From the NCBI GenBank assembly GCA_963818475.1, contig CAWFSF010000006.1, forward strand, positions 704,001 to 768,000: a stretch of 64,000 nt of DNA, given 5' to 3'. This document shows, piece by piece, positions 61,592 to 64,000 of the stretch (positions are counted from its first letter, which is position 1; each line of letters opens with the position of its first letter). Source of the DNA: Nitrospirota bacterium (GTDB lineage: Bacteria; Nitrospirota; UBA9217). The position numbers were made by a program, and so were the translations under genes. Below the pieces are notes generated by a model. The model was not told where the DNA came from. It saw nothing but the letters and a program-made list of their open reading frames with translations, and did no database searches.

Positions 61592-61655
61592 CAGGAACCA
61601 GGCAATCAACATCGACGCCCGCTGCGCGGGCAGCGAGTTATCGCCGGCATTATGT
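61592..61655 (+). other. Degenerate attC site
   Basis: AAC-caGGCAATCAAC..GCCCGC/GCGGGC..GTTATCGCC-ggc-ATTATGT. Confidence 0.5.
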
Positions 61656-61732
61656 GTTCTAGAAATGATGAGATTCGATCGGGAGCTGACAATGGATTTT
61701 CGCTCTGATCCCATACGTATATAGAGAGTGCA

Positions 61733-62624
61733 ATGAAGTCAGGTTATATATATGTTTTGGTGCACCCGTCCGATCCTGACCTTTACAAGATTGGAATAAC
61801 AATCCGTAAACCCGAACAGCGATTGGCTCAGCACAATAGCGATTACACCCAAATAGCAGGCCATATTGTTAAAGAAACTGGTCAGAAATGGGAATTGAAG
61901 GAATACCATGCCGTCCCTGATCCTTATTGGGCCGAAAGGGTCTTTTGGGGGAACAACACCTTTCGCAGATGTCCCGTATCGATATGGAGTTGAAGTTGAA
62001 AGGATGGCCTGGGATCAAGTACAGCTAGGACTAGATGCAGCAAAGAAAGCGGGTGTCCTGCCAGGACCAGATCCTTTGCCGGATCATGTGTATGCCTATA
62101 CAGCATCGATCAAAAAACGACTGGAAGGCCGTGGCATCACCCTTTTAGGTTACGTGCGAAGTATTATAAGTGGAAAGGCTAACTTTCGATGCAGCAATGG
62201 CCACGAATGGCGGACGACACCCAAGCATGTGGGAGAAGGTCAAGGCTGTCCTGAGTGCGGGATCGGTGAACAAGATCCAGAAGCAATCAGGCAAAGGATT
62301 AAGGCAGGCGTAATATGTCTATTAACGCACCCTGACAAGCCAGGATTTGTAAGGATTGGGCTGGGTTACGGCACACTCGAAGAGGTTTGCAGAGAAAGTC
62401 CTTGGGGCGACTGGGAGGTGCATCGCAATCGAAATGTCGAGGAAGTCGCTTTAGCTGAATCACTAATCTGGGAATTGCTGGGTGAACTCCTACCCCATGG
62501 TAGCGAACCAATCAAAAAGGATTTGAATGAAGCAGAGGATGCCTTCCGCAAATTGATTTACGCGATGCAAGAAGAGATTGCTTTTGAGGAGAGAAGAAAA
62601 GAGGACACTCATAAGACTGACTGA
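61733..62624 (+). CDS. GIY-YIG/T5orf172-domain protein with Zn-ribbon (frameshift near 61950)
   Basis: GYIYVL.....LYKIG.T...PEQR..Q; C.NGHEW......G.GCPEC; second degenerate G.I.LL....PGFVRIG. Confidence 0.75.
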
Positions 62625-62646
62625 ACATAATGTAATGGGAAAAAAC

Positions 62647-62706
62647 ACATAGCAAGCCAACCCAGGCGACGCCAAAGATCTGCACGCCTGGTTTCATTCG
62701 TTAGCA
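62647..62706 (+). other. Degenerate attC site
   Basis: ACATAGC..AACCCAGGCG..CGCCTGGTT..GTTAGCA, 28 bp before the next ATG. Confidence 0.55.
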
Positions 62707-62734
62707 TGCACTACTATATAGGTACAGAGAATCC

Positions 62735-63646
62735 ATGAACTCGCAGGAACCATTAAACAAAACGGAGCAGCAACAGAAATATATTGGATGGCATGTTGTT
62801 GCTATTCTCGATCTGTTGGGACAGCAAGATGCGCTTAGAAATTTAACGGTATTGCCAAATCGCAATAATAAAGAAGAATTTGATGAATTCAAACGTAAAG
62901 TAGAGGAATTTTATAAACCATTCTACGCAATTAGAAAATTCTTTACGAGCAGCATTCAAATATATCAAGCTGGAAAAGATATTAGTCAATTATCACCGGA
63001 CGAACAAGATTTTTTGAAATCATTCAGAAACTCTCCCATCTTCCTGCGACATTTTTCAGATTCATTAATCGCTCACGTTCCCTTGAACAAAGATATCAGC
63101 AAGTTTCCTTGCAGGGCTATCTATGGGGTACTCGCGGCTACAGCCCAAACAATGGTCTCATGCCTTGCAAATAAAATGGCACTGCGTGGTGGAATAGAAC
63201 TCGGGATAGCCATGCACCTTGATGAAAATGAGATATATGGTCCAGCATTGGCAAGGGCACATACATTGGAAAACAAAATAGCTCAATACCCCCGGATACT
63301 TATCGGCGATGAGCTTGTTCGTTACCTTCATGCTGTTGCTGGACAAGATCCTAGTAGCTCTGAAGCAAGAGTGAACAGCGGCTTGGCAGCAAAATCTTTA
63401 GAACTACTCGCTGTGGATGACGATGGCCAGATGTTTCTTGATTATTTGGGACCACACTTTCGAGATGCGCTTCAGCATTTACCGATAAGCAAAGAAGCCG
63501 TTCAAATGGCATATAATTTTGTCATTGAACAGTCCATTAAACATAAAGAGTCTCGCAACTCAAAGTTAGGCTTTCGATATACGTTGCTTCGGAATTACTT
63601 CGAGTCTCGACTAGCGTTATGGGGGCTATCTACCGCACTTGAATAG
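62735..63646 (+). CDS. Nucleotide-cyclase-like (class III fold) hypothetical cassette protein
   Basis: VAILDLLG, FSDS, LRGGI..G, IYGPAL.RA..LE...A.YPRILI. Confidence 0.6.
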   Translation: MNSQEPLNKTEQQQKYIGWHVVAILDLLGQQDALRNLTVLPNRNNKEEFDEFKRKVEEFYKPFYAIRKFFTSSIQIYQAGKDISQLSPDEQDFLKSFRNSPIFLRHFSDSLIAHVPLNKDISKFPCRAIYGVLAATAQTMVSCLANKMALRGGIELGIAMHLDENEIYGPALARAHTLENKIAQYPRILIGDELVRYLHAVAGQDPSSSEARVNSGLAAKSLELLAVDDDGQMFLDYLGPHFRDALQHLPISKEAVQMAYNFVIEQSIKHKESRNSKLGFRYTLLRNYFESRLALWGLSTALE

Positions 63647-63684
63647 CGGTCGAGACGAGCAAGATGATTCCTTAATGTATTATG

Positions 63685-63739
63685 TGCCAACAATCGTTCC
63701 ACGCCGACCGCTTCGCGGCATGTGAACTCATCGTTCAAA
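63685..63739 (+). other. attC site
   Basis: TGCCAAC-aatcGTTCCAC-gccgaccgcttcgcggcat-GTGAAC-tcatc-GTTCAAA. Confidence 0.7.
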
Positions 63740-64000
63740 TGCAAGTTTCAACCGGTAATCGTTAGTTCTTCTGACTAATCGTAACCCACAGTTGCACGTG
63801 TAATCAACATATGATACCGCTACCCGATGGTAGCGGTTGATAAGCATTTTTTTAAGCGAGGCATAGATCCATGAAACAGAGATCTATGCTTTTTTTGTGC
63901 ATTTTTTCTTGACAAAGACGGTTCATTGACTTAAAGTTAAACAGTTGTTTTATAATAGTGGAGGGTTGATGTTATGCGTAACATGCGGTTATTTATAGGT

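Noticed and set aside
63780-64000. tRNA or attI/integrase at the end of the cassette array
   Set aside because: Only short hairpins and promoter-like hexamers; no cloverleaf or intI sequence is visible in the window

Overview
A 64-kb accessory-rich chromosomal segment of a moderately GC-rich diderm bacterium. The gene content suggests Nitrospirota or Desulfobacterota, which is an inference only. Recognisable modules: a selenocysteine formate dehydrogenase operon (fdhA[Sec]-fdhB-NrfD-type anchor-fdhE, minus strand), rnhA, cytochrome bd (cydAB), two toxin-antitoxin pairs, a sigma54-driven TSUP/TIGR02186/USP cluster followed by a kinase, a receiver and a PEP-dikinase-like protein, and an AT-rich integron-cassette array with attC sites but no integrase (58.7-63.7 kb). 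No rRNA, tRNA or CRISPR array was seen. Most notable observations: (1) a radical SAM-SPASM enzyme coupled to two Tat-exported Ig-fold lipoproteins with (ALYGP)x3 and CYGP motifs, a candidate tyramine-excising protein splicease acting on envelope proteins; (2) two adjacent GspE-N/MshEN-like proteins that together carry 3+2=5 elongated DUF202 (Vtc1/YidH-like) modules, a candidate concatenated pentameric anion/polyphosphate channel; (3) an ISL3-ended MITE with an 8-bp target duplication whose ~370-nt core shows compensatory base changes between copies; (4) repeated stranded gene tails, suggesting serial homology-anchored cargo insertion. About 20 single-base frameshifts in otherwise intact genes are most likely sequencing or assembly errors. 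All family calls come from motif recognition, not database searches.
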